Shown here one piece after another: positions 10,301-19,666 of a stretch of 64,000 nucleotides of DNA. Source of the stretch: Myxococcales bacterium. GTDB lineage: Bacteria > Myxococcota_A > Polyangia > Polyangiales > Polyangiaceae. Within the stretch, counting starts at the first letter, position 1; each line of letters opens with the position of its first letter. Both the position numbers and the translations under genes were made by a program. The notes below the pieces were generated by a model. It worked only from the letters and a program-made list of their open reading frames with translations. It was not told where the DNA came from and searched no databases. The stretch spans positions 1 through 64,000 of the forward strand of contig JAYTOU010000016.1 of NCBI GenBank assembly GCA_043747615.1, given 5' to 3'.

Positions 10301-11710
10301 TTAGTCGGCCGGGCTGAACACGATCGGATACGTGACGCGGACGGTGCCGTCTTTGGGCGCGGGGAATGACAGATTGTAGAAGCTCCGCACCACGCACTCG
10401 CGCACAGTGGCGTCGGGCAAGTCGCTGTTCGCGTCCCCAGCGAGCGAGACGCCGCCCTGGCGATCGATCATGAATTTCACCGCCACGCGACCGGCGAGTG
10501 AAGGATTGGTGCGAAGCCCCGCCTCGTAGCAATTGCGGAAGCGCCCTTGATTTTGGCGCACGATGCGCTGGATGACTTCGGCCGGGAGGTGACCGTTCGC
10601 CTCGAAGTCTTTCGCCATGCGCCAGCTCGGTCCGGCGCTTGGAGTGTGCGTTCCAGGAAGGCGACCGTGACCGATTCCCCTGCACGGGCCAGGGCCGACG
10701 CAGGTCCCGTTGCCGAGATGCGAGTCGAGCGAGCGACCGAGCCCGCCGATGTCGTTGATGCCGATGCCTTCGTTGTTTCCGCCGCCGCCCTCACCGGGAC
10801 TCGTGAGTCCGAGGCCGGAGCCAAACGCATCGCCGATGTCACCCGCCCACAGGTTTCCCAGGTGGCTCTCCTTGTCGCTCCCGTTGAGGGTGCTTCCCCA
10901 AGGGACGACGGGAGCGTTCGGATCGCTGAGGCTCGAAGATCCGAGGAGACCGATCATTCCAAAGTCTTTTGCGAGCTGACGCTCTTGGTCGCGCGCCAAG
11001 GTCGGGTCTTTGGCGTCGCCCTTCGCGCTGTAATGTCCGCTCGTCGTCGCGGTCTGTTTGCCCATCGCCCCTTCGGGGCCTTCCGCTTTTCCGCCGCCGG
11101 CGCCTGGGTCGTTGGCGCCAGAGGTCGCACCTTGATCTCCTTCGCTCGGGGGCGGCTCGCGCTCGTGCTCGGCCGTCGCATCGAGGTAGGCGCGCATCGC
11201 GTACATCTGGTCACGCGAGATCCCCTCGGCATCGTCCGCGCCGAGCGCGGGAAGGAAGAACGCTAGGGACGCGAAGATCGCCACGTGCATGAAGGCCGAC
11301 GCCCCGACCGATTTGAGCGCGCTCTCATCGACGGCCGCAGCGAGCGTTCCGGCCACCTTTTTCCCTGCAGCGACGATCTCGAGCGTAAAGGTGAACTCGC
11401 CCATCACGAGGCTCGTCGGCTGCCCGCGTTTGAGCTCGATAGGATTGCCGCGCGGCGGGTTCACGTACGTGCTTCCCGTGGCATGCGACAGAATGTTCAG
11501 CGAGCTCGACCCTACGATCTCGTCGGGGAGCGCAAAATCGCAGCCCGGTGCGTCACCGACGGTGATCGGATCGGTGAGCGCGAAGTGCTTCGTGGCGAGG
11601 ACGTTGTCTCCCCACGACAGAGTGGCCTCGACCCTCTCCACGTCGTGACGTTCGACATCTAGGTCGGTCGACAGCTCGCTGCTCCGCATCATCACGTATC
11701 CGGTTGCCAT
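10301..11710 (-). CDS. AgmX/PglI C-terminal (TonB-like) domain protein, GltG-like architecture
   Basis: N-terminal FHA-like region (WGDNVL...ITVGDAPGCDF), TM with SAFMH (TonB SxxxH), Gly-rich linker, C-terminal IQRIVRQN.GRFRNCYE.GL..NP.L.GRV.V.F.I...YP..F. Confidence 0.8.
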   Translation of the reverse strand: MATGYVMMRSSELSTDLDVERHDVERVEATLSWGDNVLATKHFALTDPITVGDAPGCDFALPDEIVGSSSLNILSHATGSTYVNPPRGNPIELKRGQPTSLVMGEFTFTLEIVAAGKKVAGTLAAAVDESALKSVGASAFMHVAIFASLAFFLPALGADDAEGISRDQMYAMRAYLDATAEHEREPPPSEGDQGATSGANDPGAGGGKAEGPEGAMGKQTATTSGHYSAKGDAKDPTLARDQERQLAKDFGMIGLLGSSSLSDPNAPVVPWGSTLNGSDKESHLGNLWAGDIGDAFGSGLGLTSPGEGGGGNNEGIGINDIGGLGRSLDSHLGNGTCVGPGPCRGIGHGRLPGTHTPSAGPSWRMAKDFEANGHLPAEVIQRIVRQNQGRFRNCYEAGLRTNPSLAGRVAVKFMIDRQGGVSLAGDANSDLPDATVRECVVRSFYNLSFPAPKDGTVRVTYPIVFSPAD

Positions 11711-12035
11711 TGATGCATCTCTCCCTTCGCGCCGAAGCGCGTGACCGTCTGTTGAACTGTCGCGCTCCGTCGTTTCCGCGCTCAATGGGAGAGACAGCGC
11801 CTCGTGCCCATTGGTTCCAAAAAAAGCGAGGGCGGCGATACGACGGCACACGCGTTGGGTACGTGAGCGATGACTGGGATTCCCGATGCCATCCGTCCGG
11901 TCGTCAACCACAGCGCTCGCCGATGCCGCGATGAAAGCGGGAGACGGTCGCGGAGCGCTCGGGAACGCGCTTTCTCCTCGGACTCTCGAGCATCGATGCA
12001 GCGTGGCTCGTGCGTCGCCGCTCACGACGTTAAAT

Positions 12036-12077
12036 AAAAAAACGCGCGTCCTCACCCCTTCCGGAGGAGGACGCGCG
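12036..12077 (-). terminator. Rho-independent terminator after the ester cyclase gene
   Basis: 11-bp stem CGCGCGTCCTC (12043-12053) / GAGGACGCGCG (12067-12077), followed on the minus strand by a U-run. Confidence 0.8.
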
Positions 12078-12099
12078 CTTCGTCCAGCCAAGCGCCGAA

Positions 12100-13251
12100 T
12101 TACTTTTTCGGCGGCGTCGCCGGGGTTGCGGGCTTCTTGGTCGTCGTCGTGGCGGCGGGCGTGGTCGTGGTGGTCGTTGTCTTCGCCGAATTCGGCGCCT
12201 TCAGGAGGCCGAGCTGGCTGAGGAGCTCGGTGTTGTTCGCGTACGTCCAGCCGCGAACCATCTTGCCGTTCTTGACCTGGATGATGTCGACGCCGTGGAG
12301 GTTGACCGGCTTCTTCGTGGCCGCGATCGGACCCATCGGTCCTTTTTGCGTGCCCGTCATGTTGAATTCAACGATCGCGAAATCCTCGACGCCCATGCTG
12401 GTGGTCGCCGGGGTCTTGAGATCCGGAAGAGCCTTCGTGATCATCCCGAAGAACTTCTTCGCTTCGGTCTTGCCCTTCATGCTCTCAGGCATCGTCATGT
12501 CGTTGTATTCGACGTCATCCGACATGATGCCGAGGAAGTCCGCTTCCTTCTTGTTTTCCATGGCCGTGTACATCGTCTTCACGAGCTCGACGTTCTTGTC
12601 TTCGTCGGGCGTGCCCTTCGCCATGTGCATCTCCGGCGGGCCACTCGGCGCCGTCGGGATCGGGCGGGCTTTGCCCTTCGCGAGGCCCATCTGGGTCATC
12701 ATGGTGACGCCGTCCATGTACGCATTTTCTTTCTTCACGAGGCCGTCGGCCGAGTACGTCATGACGCTGACGCCCATCTGCCCGACCTGCTTCTCGGTGG
12801 GCTTCATGCCCATGAAGTCGCCGGTGTTCGTGCCCGACCAGCCCCACTCGACGACGACCGCGTCGTTCTTGGTCCAGACGCGCGAAGCCCAGCCCTTCGA
12901 GTCTTTGAAGGCGTCGAAGCGGGACTGCCACGCCGCTTGGATCTCTCCGCGGCCGTGTGCGTCGGGCATACCAGGCGAGGTGACGACGGCGTCTTCCGTG
13001 TAGGTCGCGGCGATCTTGGCGGCGTCGTGCGAGGCCATCGCGTCCATGCGCGCTTTGCCGTTGGCGGCCATGAGCTCGCCGAGGGTGGGCTTGGGCGCGA
13101 CGGGCGCGGCAACCTCGACGGGTGCGGGCGGGGTCACGACGGCAACCGGCGGCGGCGCCGGGGGCGTCTCCGGGGGCTTGGAAGCTTCATCGCCTCCACA
13201 AGCGCTCAACAGCAACCCAAGAACCAGCGCCCCGCATACTGATCGCATCAT
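12100..13251 (-). CDS. Lipoprotein with two SnoaL/NTF2-like (ester cyclase) domains
   Basis: Lipobox LSAC, Pro-rich linker, two repeats of the W/M.GT..G..G...T.K.V...GV pattern; start set at MMRSVC. Confidence 0.85.
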   Translation of the reverse strand: MMRSVCGALVLGLLLSACGGDEASKPPETPPAPPPVAVVTPPAPVEVAAPVAPKPTLGELMAANGKARMDAMASHDAAKIAATYTEDAVVTSPGMPDAHGRGEIQAAWQSRFDAFKDSKGWASRVWTKNDAVVVEWGWSGTNTGDFMGMKPTEKQVGQMGVSVMTYSADGLVKKENAYMDGVTMMTQMGLAKGKARPIPTAPSGPPEMHMAKGTPDEDKNVELVKTMYTAMENKKEADFLGIMSDDVEYNDMTMPESMKGKTEAKKFFGMITKALPDLKTPATTSMGVEDFAIVEFNMTGTQKGPMGPIAATKKPVNLHGVDIIQVKNGKMVRGWTYANNTELLSQLGLLKAPNSAKTTTTTTTPAATTTTKKPATPATPPKK

Positions 13252-13339
13252 GATGACCTCCAAATTGTCGATTTCCCGATGTCTTTCCCTCGCTTTTGTG
13301 CCCGCCGTCAAGCCCGGAATCCTGTAAGTCAGTGGTGAC

Positions 13340-14284
13340 GTGCGAAAACGACCGCTCGGAAAAACGGGGCTCTTCGTGTCCGAGATGAGCCTCGGGACAT
13401 GGGGCTTGTCTGGAGACGCGTATGGCAAGGTCGAGCCGGCCGACGCGGAGCGGGTCATTGCGCGCGCCGTCGACGTCGGAATCACCCTGTTCGACACCGC
13501 TGACGCCTACGGGCTCGGCCGCATGGAAGCGCTCCTCGGGAAGGTGCTCGCTCCGCACAAGGACGCAATCGTCCTCACGAAGGGCGGTACGGATCGCACC
13601 ACCGAGCCGCCGCGAAAGCACTTCGAACCCGGACATCTGAGATCCTCGGTGGAGCGCTCCCTCAAGCGGCTCGGCCGCGAGCGCCTGGACATCTACGTGC
13701 TCCACAATCCAAGCGCCGATGCCCTCGCGCTCGGAGAGGCGACCGACACCCTCCTCGAGCTGAAGAAGGAAGGAAAAATCGGAGTGTGGGGAGTCTCGGC
13801 AGGGGACGCGGAGGTCGCGAAGGTGGCGATCGACAAAGGCTGCGAGGTGCTCGTGCTCGCCTACAACCTCCTTCACGGCATCGATCTGCACCGCATCGCC
13901 GGTGACGTGATGCTCGCGGGCGTCGGGGTCCTCGCCCACTCCGTTCTCGGCTACGGCCTCCTCGCAGGGCTCTGGACCAAGGAGCGCGTCTTCGGCGACG
14001 GGGATCATCGAAGCGATCGCTGGACGAGGGTGGAGCTCGAGAAACGGGTCGGACAGCTCGACGCCGTACGCTTCCTCGTGAAGGGCGACGTACACTCGAT
14101 GCGCGCCGCTGCCGTTCGCTACGTGCTCGCGAACAGCCTTGTTTCCTCGGCGATTTTGGGCCCCCGCTCCGTCGAGCAACTCGAGCAGCTCATTCGCGAA
14201 ACGGGCGGCGGTCCGCTCTATTTGCCGGACGCCGATCTCGCAGCGTTTCCTCGCGCGCTCGCGAAGCTCGGAATCTTGCTGTGA
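13340..14284 (+). CDS. Aldo/keto reductase
   Basis: LGKTGLFVSEMSLGTW, FDTADAYG, SLKRL...DIYVLH. Confidence 0.95.
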   Translation: MRKRPLGKTGLFVSEMSLGTWGLSGDAYGKVEPADAERVIARAVDVGITLFDTADAYGLGRMEALLGKVLAPHKDAIVLTKGGTDRTTEPPRKHFEPGHLRSSVERSLKRLGRERLDIYVLHNPSADALALGEATDTLLELKKEGKIGVWGVSAGDAEVAKVAIDKGCEVLVLAYNLLHGIDLHRIAGDVMLAGVGVLAHSVLGYGLLAGLWTKERVFGDGDHRSDRWTRVELEKRVGQLDAVRFLVKGDVHSMRAAAVRYVLANSLVSSAILGPRSVEQLEQLIRETGGGPLYLPDADLAAFPRALAKLGILL

Positions 14285-15111
14285 GCAACGTGCCGCCGAA
14301 GGAGATCCTCGAGCGCGTGATCCCGATCGCGCGCGCTGCGGCGGAGCGCATCCGCGCAGTGTACGCCGGCGCATTCACCGTCGACTTCAAAGGGAAAAAC
14401 GATCCGGTCACCATCGCCGATCGCGATGCCGACGCCATCATATGCAGCGCCCTCACCCAGGCGTTCCCAGAGATCCCCATCGTTTCCGAAGAAGGTGACG
14501 CCTCCGCGTTCGACGCACGCCACGGATCGGAGCGGGTGTGGTTCGTCGACCCGCTCGACGGGACGCGCGACTTCGTCGAGCGAAATGGAGAATTTGCGGT
14601 GATGATTGGGCTTGCGGAGGCAGGCCGTGCCGTTCTCGGCGTCATCGATTGCCCCGCATCCCATCGCTGCTTCGTCGGCGCAGAGGGGCTCGGCGCTTTC
14701 GAGTTCAAGGACGACACCTGGTATCCGATCCACGTCTCGAACATCGACGTCCACGAGCACGCGCGCCTCGTCGTCTCGCGAAGTAGGCCTTCACCCGTGC
14801 TCGCCGAGCATGCGAAAAGCTTGGGCATCACAAGGATCGCAAGCCTGGGGAGCGCAGGGCTCAAGGCGCTCCGTGTCGCGTGCGGCGAAGCAGACATCTA
14901 TGCGCACCTCGGCGTGGCGGGCTTCCGATGGGACACGTGCGCGCCCGAAGCGATCGTCGTCGCGGCAGGCGGAAGAGTGACTACCTCGCGCGGCGACCCG
15001 ATCGACTATCGCGCGAAATCCCTGGAAAATACCGAGGGAATTTTGATCACCAACGGCGTGCTCCACGCCGCGTTTCTCGAGGCGCTGTCTTCGAAAAAGA
15101 GCACTTGCTGA
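14281..15111 (+). CDS. cysQ: 3'(2'),5'-bisphosphate nucleotidase CysQ / inositol monophosphatase family
   Basis: PVTIAD, SEE, WFVDPLDGTRDF, WDTCA. Confidence 0.85.
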   Translation: MSNVPPKEILERVIPIARAAAERIRAVYAGAFTVDFKGKNDPVTIADRDADAIICSALTQAFPEIPIVSEEGDASAFDARHGSERVWFVDPLDGTRDFVERNGEFAVMIGLAEAGRAVLGVIDCPASHRCFVGAEGLGAFEFKDDTWYPIHVSNIDVHEHARLVVSRSRPSPVLAEHAKSLGITRIASLGSAGLKALRVACGEADIYAHLGVAGFRWDTCAPEAIVVAAGGRVTTSRGDPIDYRAKSLENTEGILITNGVLHAAFLEALSSKKSTC

Positions 15112-15131
15112 AGAAACTTCGGTTCGTCTTT

Positions 15132-17159
15132 TCAACGCGGAGCGAACTCGATGTCTTGAAAGAGCGCGAGCTCGTGGTGAAGCCGCGCGGCATCGGCGGC
15201 CCGCGCAAACGCGAGATCGTTCGACTCGGTCGGATCCTCGCGCGGCGCATAGAGCTCGAGTAGGCCGTCCTCGAAGGTCTCGATCAACGTGAGATCTCGC
15301 TCGACCAACGCCGCCATCGGTGTGAGATCCAACGCGCCACGCACCCCTCGCGCGCTTCGCGACACGACGAAGCGATGGAGCGGTGTCGAGAGCGACGCAC
15401 GAAGCCGTAGCCAGCTGCGTCCGAATCGCTCCGCATCCGGTGAGACGGCGACGCGTCCGAACGCCCCGAGGATGGTCGCGTGAATGTCGCGATGGCTCAC
15501 GACCTCGTCGTATCCCCCCGGGCCGAGACCGGGCGCAACGACGATCGCCGGAACATGAATCAGCTCTTCGTAGCCGGAGATCCCGTGGTCTCGGATGTTG
15601 TGGCGCCCGAAGCCTTCTCCGTGATCGCCGGTGAGGATGACCGTAACCGGCCGCGTCTTCTCGCTGGAGATGGTGTCGAGCAAGCGTGCGAGCTCTCGGT
15701 CCACGAACGCGAGCTCGGCGAGGTACGTGGCGAACGTTCGGTCGAGATCAGGCGCGTACGGAAACGCGCTCGGAGCAAGTGTATACGGAGTGTGCGCGTC
15801 GATGTAGTGCACCCAGAGGAGGTGCGCTGCGTGCGTCACGGCGTTCGCACGAAGATCTCCTAGGGCTACGTCGGTGGTCTCCGCGGCGTTCCAACGTCCG
15901 GTGCCGTGCAGCCTGGTCGTGAATCCGGCGAACTGAATCGCGTTTACGAACTCTTTTCCGAAGGGAAAAACGGCGGTGGACGCGATGCCGACGCCGCCGA
16001 GCTGCACGCCGACTGGGGTCGCTTGATCGAAGCCGCGCTCGATGAGTCGCATCGACGGCACCGTGCGCGTGCCGCCCGAGTACATGCGTCGAAGCACCAC
16101 GCCGCGCGCGGCATAGGCGGTCAGGTTGGGCATCACGTCTGGGCGAAACGCATCGGCACGCCAGCAGTCGATCGTGACCAGGAGCACGAGCGGAGCGTTG
16201 CCCGCGACGAGCTCCGCGTCTGGGTTTCCCAACGGCGGCGCGAGCCCGCGATCGGAGTCCGTCGGGTGCTCGGGTAATGTCGCGCCGTTGCAATTCATGT
16301 CCACGCCGGGGCGGGCCTCGTGCGCGCTCGGTCGGCGGGCGCCGTCGAAGTCGTCGCAGTCGGTGCCCCACGCGATGGGCGAATAACCGTCGAAGTCGGC
16401 GTCGACCACCGCACGCGCGAAACGCGCGAGACGCGGCTCATGGATCGCGTACTGCCAGCTCACCGCCCGCCAGCCCGGTGCGGCGCGATCGACGCCGAGC
16501 AAGATGCCGAACGGCGTGATCGCGCAGAGCGCTACCCAAAGAGCTAGGCGCTGCGATGGCAAGCATACGATGCGCCGCCGAATCGGGGAGACGATCGCGA
16601 CTCCGCCCACGAGCGCGAGGACGACGATCAGATCGCGCAAGTCGCGGAGCGGTTTGTGAATGGAGACGAACAGCTCGATATAGCCCAAGAGCAGGACCAC
16701 CCTGCCGACGGTGAGACGCACCGCAGGGCGGGGGGAGCGAGCGGCGGCGACCGTCAGGACGAGCACGACGACGAAGCCGACTTGCGTGGCACGCGAGGCG
16801 AACGTCCCCGTACCATCCATCAGCGCGCTCGGACCGCTCGCGAACAACCAGAGCGTCGCACCCAGGCTGGCGAGCGCGATCGGCACCGCCCATAGTCGAG
16901 GCGCGCGCACCTCGACAAAGGAGGAAGCCGCAGCAAGGAGCGTGATGATCGGCGCGACGATGAGGCCAACCCATGCCGCGAACGCGGCGCCGGTCAGCCC
17001 GCTGGCGAGCGCGACGCGCAGCGAGTGACCCGACATCAGCACGGCGCCGCAATCGACGTTGAACGCGAAGATGCCGAAGACGGACGCGACCATGAGCGCC
17101 CAGCTCGCGATCTCGTGTAACAGGCGATTGAGCGTCCACGTCCCGACCATTCTCGTCAT
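15132..17159 (-). CDS. Membrane-anchored sulfatase/alkaline-phosphatase-superfamily hydrolase or transferase
   Basis: About 7 N-terminal TMs, DADFDGY...DCDD...NCNG repeat, LLVTIDCWRAD, HYIDAHTPY, TGDHGE, HVP. Confidence 0.8.
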   Translation of the reverse strand: MTRMVGTWTLNRLLHEIASWALMVASVFGIFAFNVDCGAVLMSGHSLRVALASGLTGAAFAAWVGLIVAPIITLLAAASSFVEVRAPRLWAVPIALASLGATLWLFASGPSALMDGTGTFASRATQVGFVVVLVLTVAAARSPRPAVRLTVGRVVLLLGYIELFVSIHKPLRDLRDLIVVLALVGGVAIVSPIRRRIVCLPSQRLALWVALCAITPFGILLGVDRAAPGWRAVSWQYAIHEPRLARFARAVVDADFDGYSPIAWGTDCDDFDGARRPSAHEARPGVDMNCNGATLPEHPTDSDRGLAPPLGNPDAELVAGNAPLVLLVTIDCWRADAFRPDVMPNLTAYAARGVVLRRMYSGGTRTVPSMRLIERGFDQATPVGVQLGGVGIASTAVFPFGKEFVNAIQFAGFTTRLHGTGRWNAAETTDVALGDLRANAVTHAAHLLWVHYIDAHTPYTLAPSAFPYAPDLDRTFATYLAELAFVDRELARLLDTISSEKTRPVTVILTGDHGEGFGRHNIRDHGISGYEELIHVPAIVVAPGLGPGGYDEVVSHRDIHATILGAFGRVAVSPDAERFGRSWLRLRASLSTPLHRFVVSRSARGVRGALDLTPMAALVERDLTLIETFEDGLLELYAPREDPTESNDLAFARAADAARLHHELALFQDIEFAPR

Positions 17160-17228
17160 CCGTTCTAGACCACCGATCCTAGCGGCAATCGGGGCGGGAA
17201 TGATTTGGGGACCAGAATCCGCCGTGCT

Positions 17229-18239
17229 TCAGGGAACGAGAACGGCGCGAAAACGAACTTTGTTCGCCATCATGCGCGCGTACGCCTCCTCGGCCTGTTC
17301 GAGCTTGAAGACCTCGACTCTCGGCCGTACGCCGCTGAGCGCGCTGAACGTCATCGTCTCCTCCGAGTCGATCGCGCTTCCGCTTGGCCATCCGGCGATG
17401 GATTTGCCGCTCAAGAGACCAAACGCCGACACTTGAATGGGCTCGAACGGGGCCGCCACGATGAGGAGCTTTCCGCGCGGCTTCAGCCCGTCGACGGTAC
17501 TTGCGATGGCCTCGGCGTGCGGAGCCGTTGCGAGCACGAGATCGGCGCCGCCGAGCTTCTGCAAGCCCTCCGCGGCCTTGGTCTTGGCAGTGTCGACGTA
17601 GTCGTGTGCACCAAGCTCGCGCGCGAGCTTCTCTTTGTCGGGGCCGCTCGAGATGGCGACAGTGTGAAACCCCATGCGCGCGGCGTACTGAATGGCAAGG
17701 TGTCCGAGACCGCCGATGCCCTGCACAGCCACGGTGTCTCCGGCGCGTGCGCCGCTGTGACGGAGTGCGTTGTACGTGGTAACTCCGGCGCAGAGGAGCG
17801 GGCCGGCATCCTTCGAGTCAAGCTTTTCGGGGATCCGCGCGACCGCCTCGCTCGGAACGACCACGTACTCGGCATAACCCCCGTCGTGGGTCACGCCGGT
17901 GATCTTCGCGTTGGCGCAGTTGATGAAGAGCCCCTTGCGGCAAGCCGTGCACTGAAAGCAGTGACCTCCGTGCCAGCCGACGCCGACCCGCTCGCCCGCC
18001 TTCCAGGCCGTGACGTCTGGGCCGACGGCGTCGACGCGACCGGCGATCTCGTGGCCGGGGATCCGCGGCAGGACGAGGCCCGGGAAGCCGCCCGATTTCA
18101 CGAACATGTCGCTGTGGCACATGCCGCAGGCTTCCACGCGAATGCGTATCCATCCACGCGCGGGCTCCGGAATGTCTCTCTCCACGACTTCGAAAAGGCC
18201 GCCCGCTTTCGCCACCTGAACTGCCTTCATCTTCGCCAT
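17229..18239 (-). CDS. Zinc-dependent alcohol dehydrogenase
   Basis: CGMCHSD, GHE, structural Zn CFQCTAC...C, GIGGLG; GGAGAG RBS before ATG 18239. Confidence 0.95.
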   Translation of the reverse strand: MAKMKAVQVAKAGGLFEVVERDIPEPARGWIRIRVEACGMCHSDMFVKSGGFPGLVLPRIPGHEIAGRVDAVGPDVTAWKAGERVGVGWHGGHCFQCTACRKGLFINCANAKITGVTHDGGYAEYVVVPSEAVARIPEKLDSKDAGPLLCAGVTTYNALRHSGARAGDTVAVQGIGGLGHLAIQYAARMGFHTVAISSGPDKEKLARELGAHDYVDTAKTKAAEGLQKLGGADLVLATAPHAEAIASTVDGLKPRGKLLIVAAPFEPIQVSAFGLLSGKSIAGWPSGSAIDSEETMTFSALSGVRPRVEVFKLEQAEEAYARMMANKVRFRAVLVP

Positions 18240-18444
18240 GGTCGCTCTCCGTGGTCTCGCTTTTCGAGTCGAGCAACCTGGGTTCGACGCGTCGAAATAG
18301 CAAGCGCCAAGCCGCCGAGGGCGTGCCCTCCCACCTGCCGCGGCGGACGCCTCGCGAGCATCAATGAGGATCTCGACGTTCTTCTGTGTCATACGACACT
18401 TCCTCGGAGCCAAAAGATGCGTATTGCCAAGCAGGCGCCCCACG

Positions 18445-19623
18445 ATGCGTGATCGGGCAGACGTCGTCGTGATCGGAGCGGGCATCATGGGCCTATCGAT
18501 CGCCTATCACCTCGCCAAGCTCGGAACGACGAACGTCACCGTCGTGGATCGCAGCTATCTCTGCGGCGGCGCGAGCGGGCGCAACGGCGGTGGAATTCGC
18601 GCCCAATGGTCGAGCGAGGCCAACGTGCGGCTCATGCAGGAGAGCATCCGCATGTGCCAAGAATTTGCGAGCGTGATGAAGATCAACATCTGGTTTCGTC
18701 AGGGGGGCTACCTCTTTCTCGCCCGGAGCGAAGAGAAGCGGCGCGCTCTCGAAGCGAGCGTGAAGCTACAAAACGAGTGCGGCTTATCCACGCGCATGCT
18801 CACCGCACGCGAGGCACAAAAAATCGTTCCCGAGCTCGACGTCGACGGGGTCGTCGCTGCGAGCTTCAGTCCCGATGACGGCGTGGTCTTCCCGTGGCCC
18901 TTCGTGTGGGGCTTCGCGCAGGCCGCACGAAAGCTCGGCGTGGAGGTCGCGACGTTCACCGACGTGATCGGTTTCGAGACCACCGGCGGACACATCGAAG
19001 GCGTCGTCACCCGGCCGGTCGGCGCGCTTCCCGGCTCCGGAAAGACGCAGCTGATCCGCACGCGTCAGGTCGTCAACGCCGCGGGAGCCTGGTCCCCCGA
19101 GGTCGCAAAAATGCTCGGCGTCGCTCTTCCCAACAAACCTCACCGCCACGAAATTTGTTCCACCGAGCCGCTAAAGCCGTGGCTCAAGCCCCTGGTCGCC
19201 GATCTCACGGATGGCCTTTATTTCAGCCAGTCAACGCGGGGCGAGATCGTCGGCGGTGTCGGCCAGGAGCGCGTCCCCGACGGTCTCAACCAAGAAAGCT
19301 CGCACGCTTTTTTGGGGAGGTACGCGACCGCTCTCGTCCGCGCGTGCCCCGTTCTCGCGAAGGTGAAGGTGCTTCGCCAGTGGGCCGGTTGCTACGACAT
19401 CACGCCCGACGCCAATCCCATCGTGGGGGAGGTCGACGAGATCGAAGGTTTTTACCAAGCCTCCGGCTTCATGGGGCATGGATTCATGATGGCGCCGGTC
19501 ATGGGCAAGCTCATTGCGCAGTACATCGTCGAGCGCACCCCCCTGCCGATGTTCGAGCGCTGGAACCTCCGGCGCTTCAAGGCGGGAGGGAAGCTATTGT
19601 CCGAAGCCATGATTATCGGCTAG
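18445..19623 (+). CDS. FAD-dependent oxidoreductase, sarcosine oxidase beta / DAO family
   Basis: VVVIGAGIMG, GASGRNGG, AAGAWS, TPDANPIVG, GFMGHGFM. Confidence 0.9.
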   Translation: MRDRADVVVIGAGIMGLSIAYHLAKLGTTNVTVVDRSYLCGGASGRNGGGIRAQWSSEANVRLMQESIRMCQEFASVMKINIWFRQGGYLFLARSEEKRRALEASVKLQNECGLSTRMLTAREAQKIVPELDVDGVVAASFSPDDGVVFPWPFVWGFAQAARKLGVEVATFTDVIGFETTGGHIEGVVTRPVGALPGSGKTQLIRTRQVVNAAGAWSPEVAKMLGVALPNKPHRHEICSTEPLKPWLKPLVADLTDGLYFSQSTRGEIVGGVGQERVPDGLNQESSHAFLGRYATALVRACPVLAKVKVLRQWAGCYDITPDANPIVGEVDEIEGFYQASGFMGHGFMMAPVMGKLIAQYIVERTPLPMFERWNLRRFKAGGKLLSEAMIIG

Positions 19624-19666
19624 CGTCCGTTCCCGCGTCCCGCAGTTTTTCCCGGAGGAATGGCTC

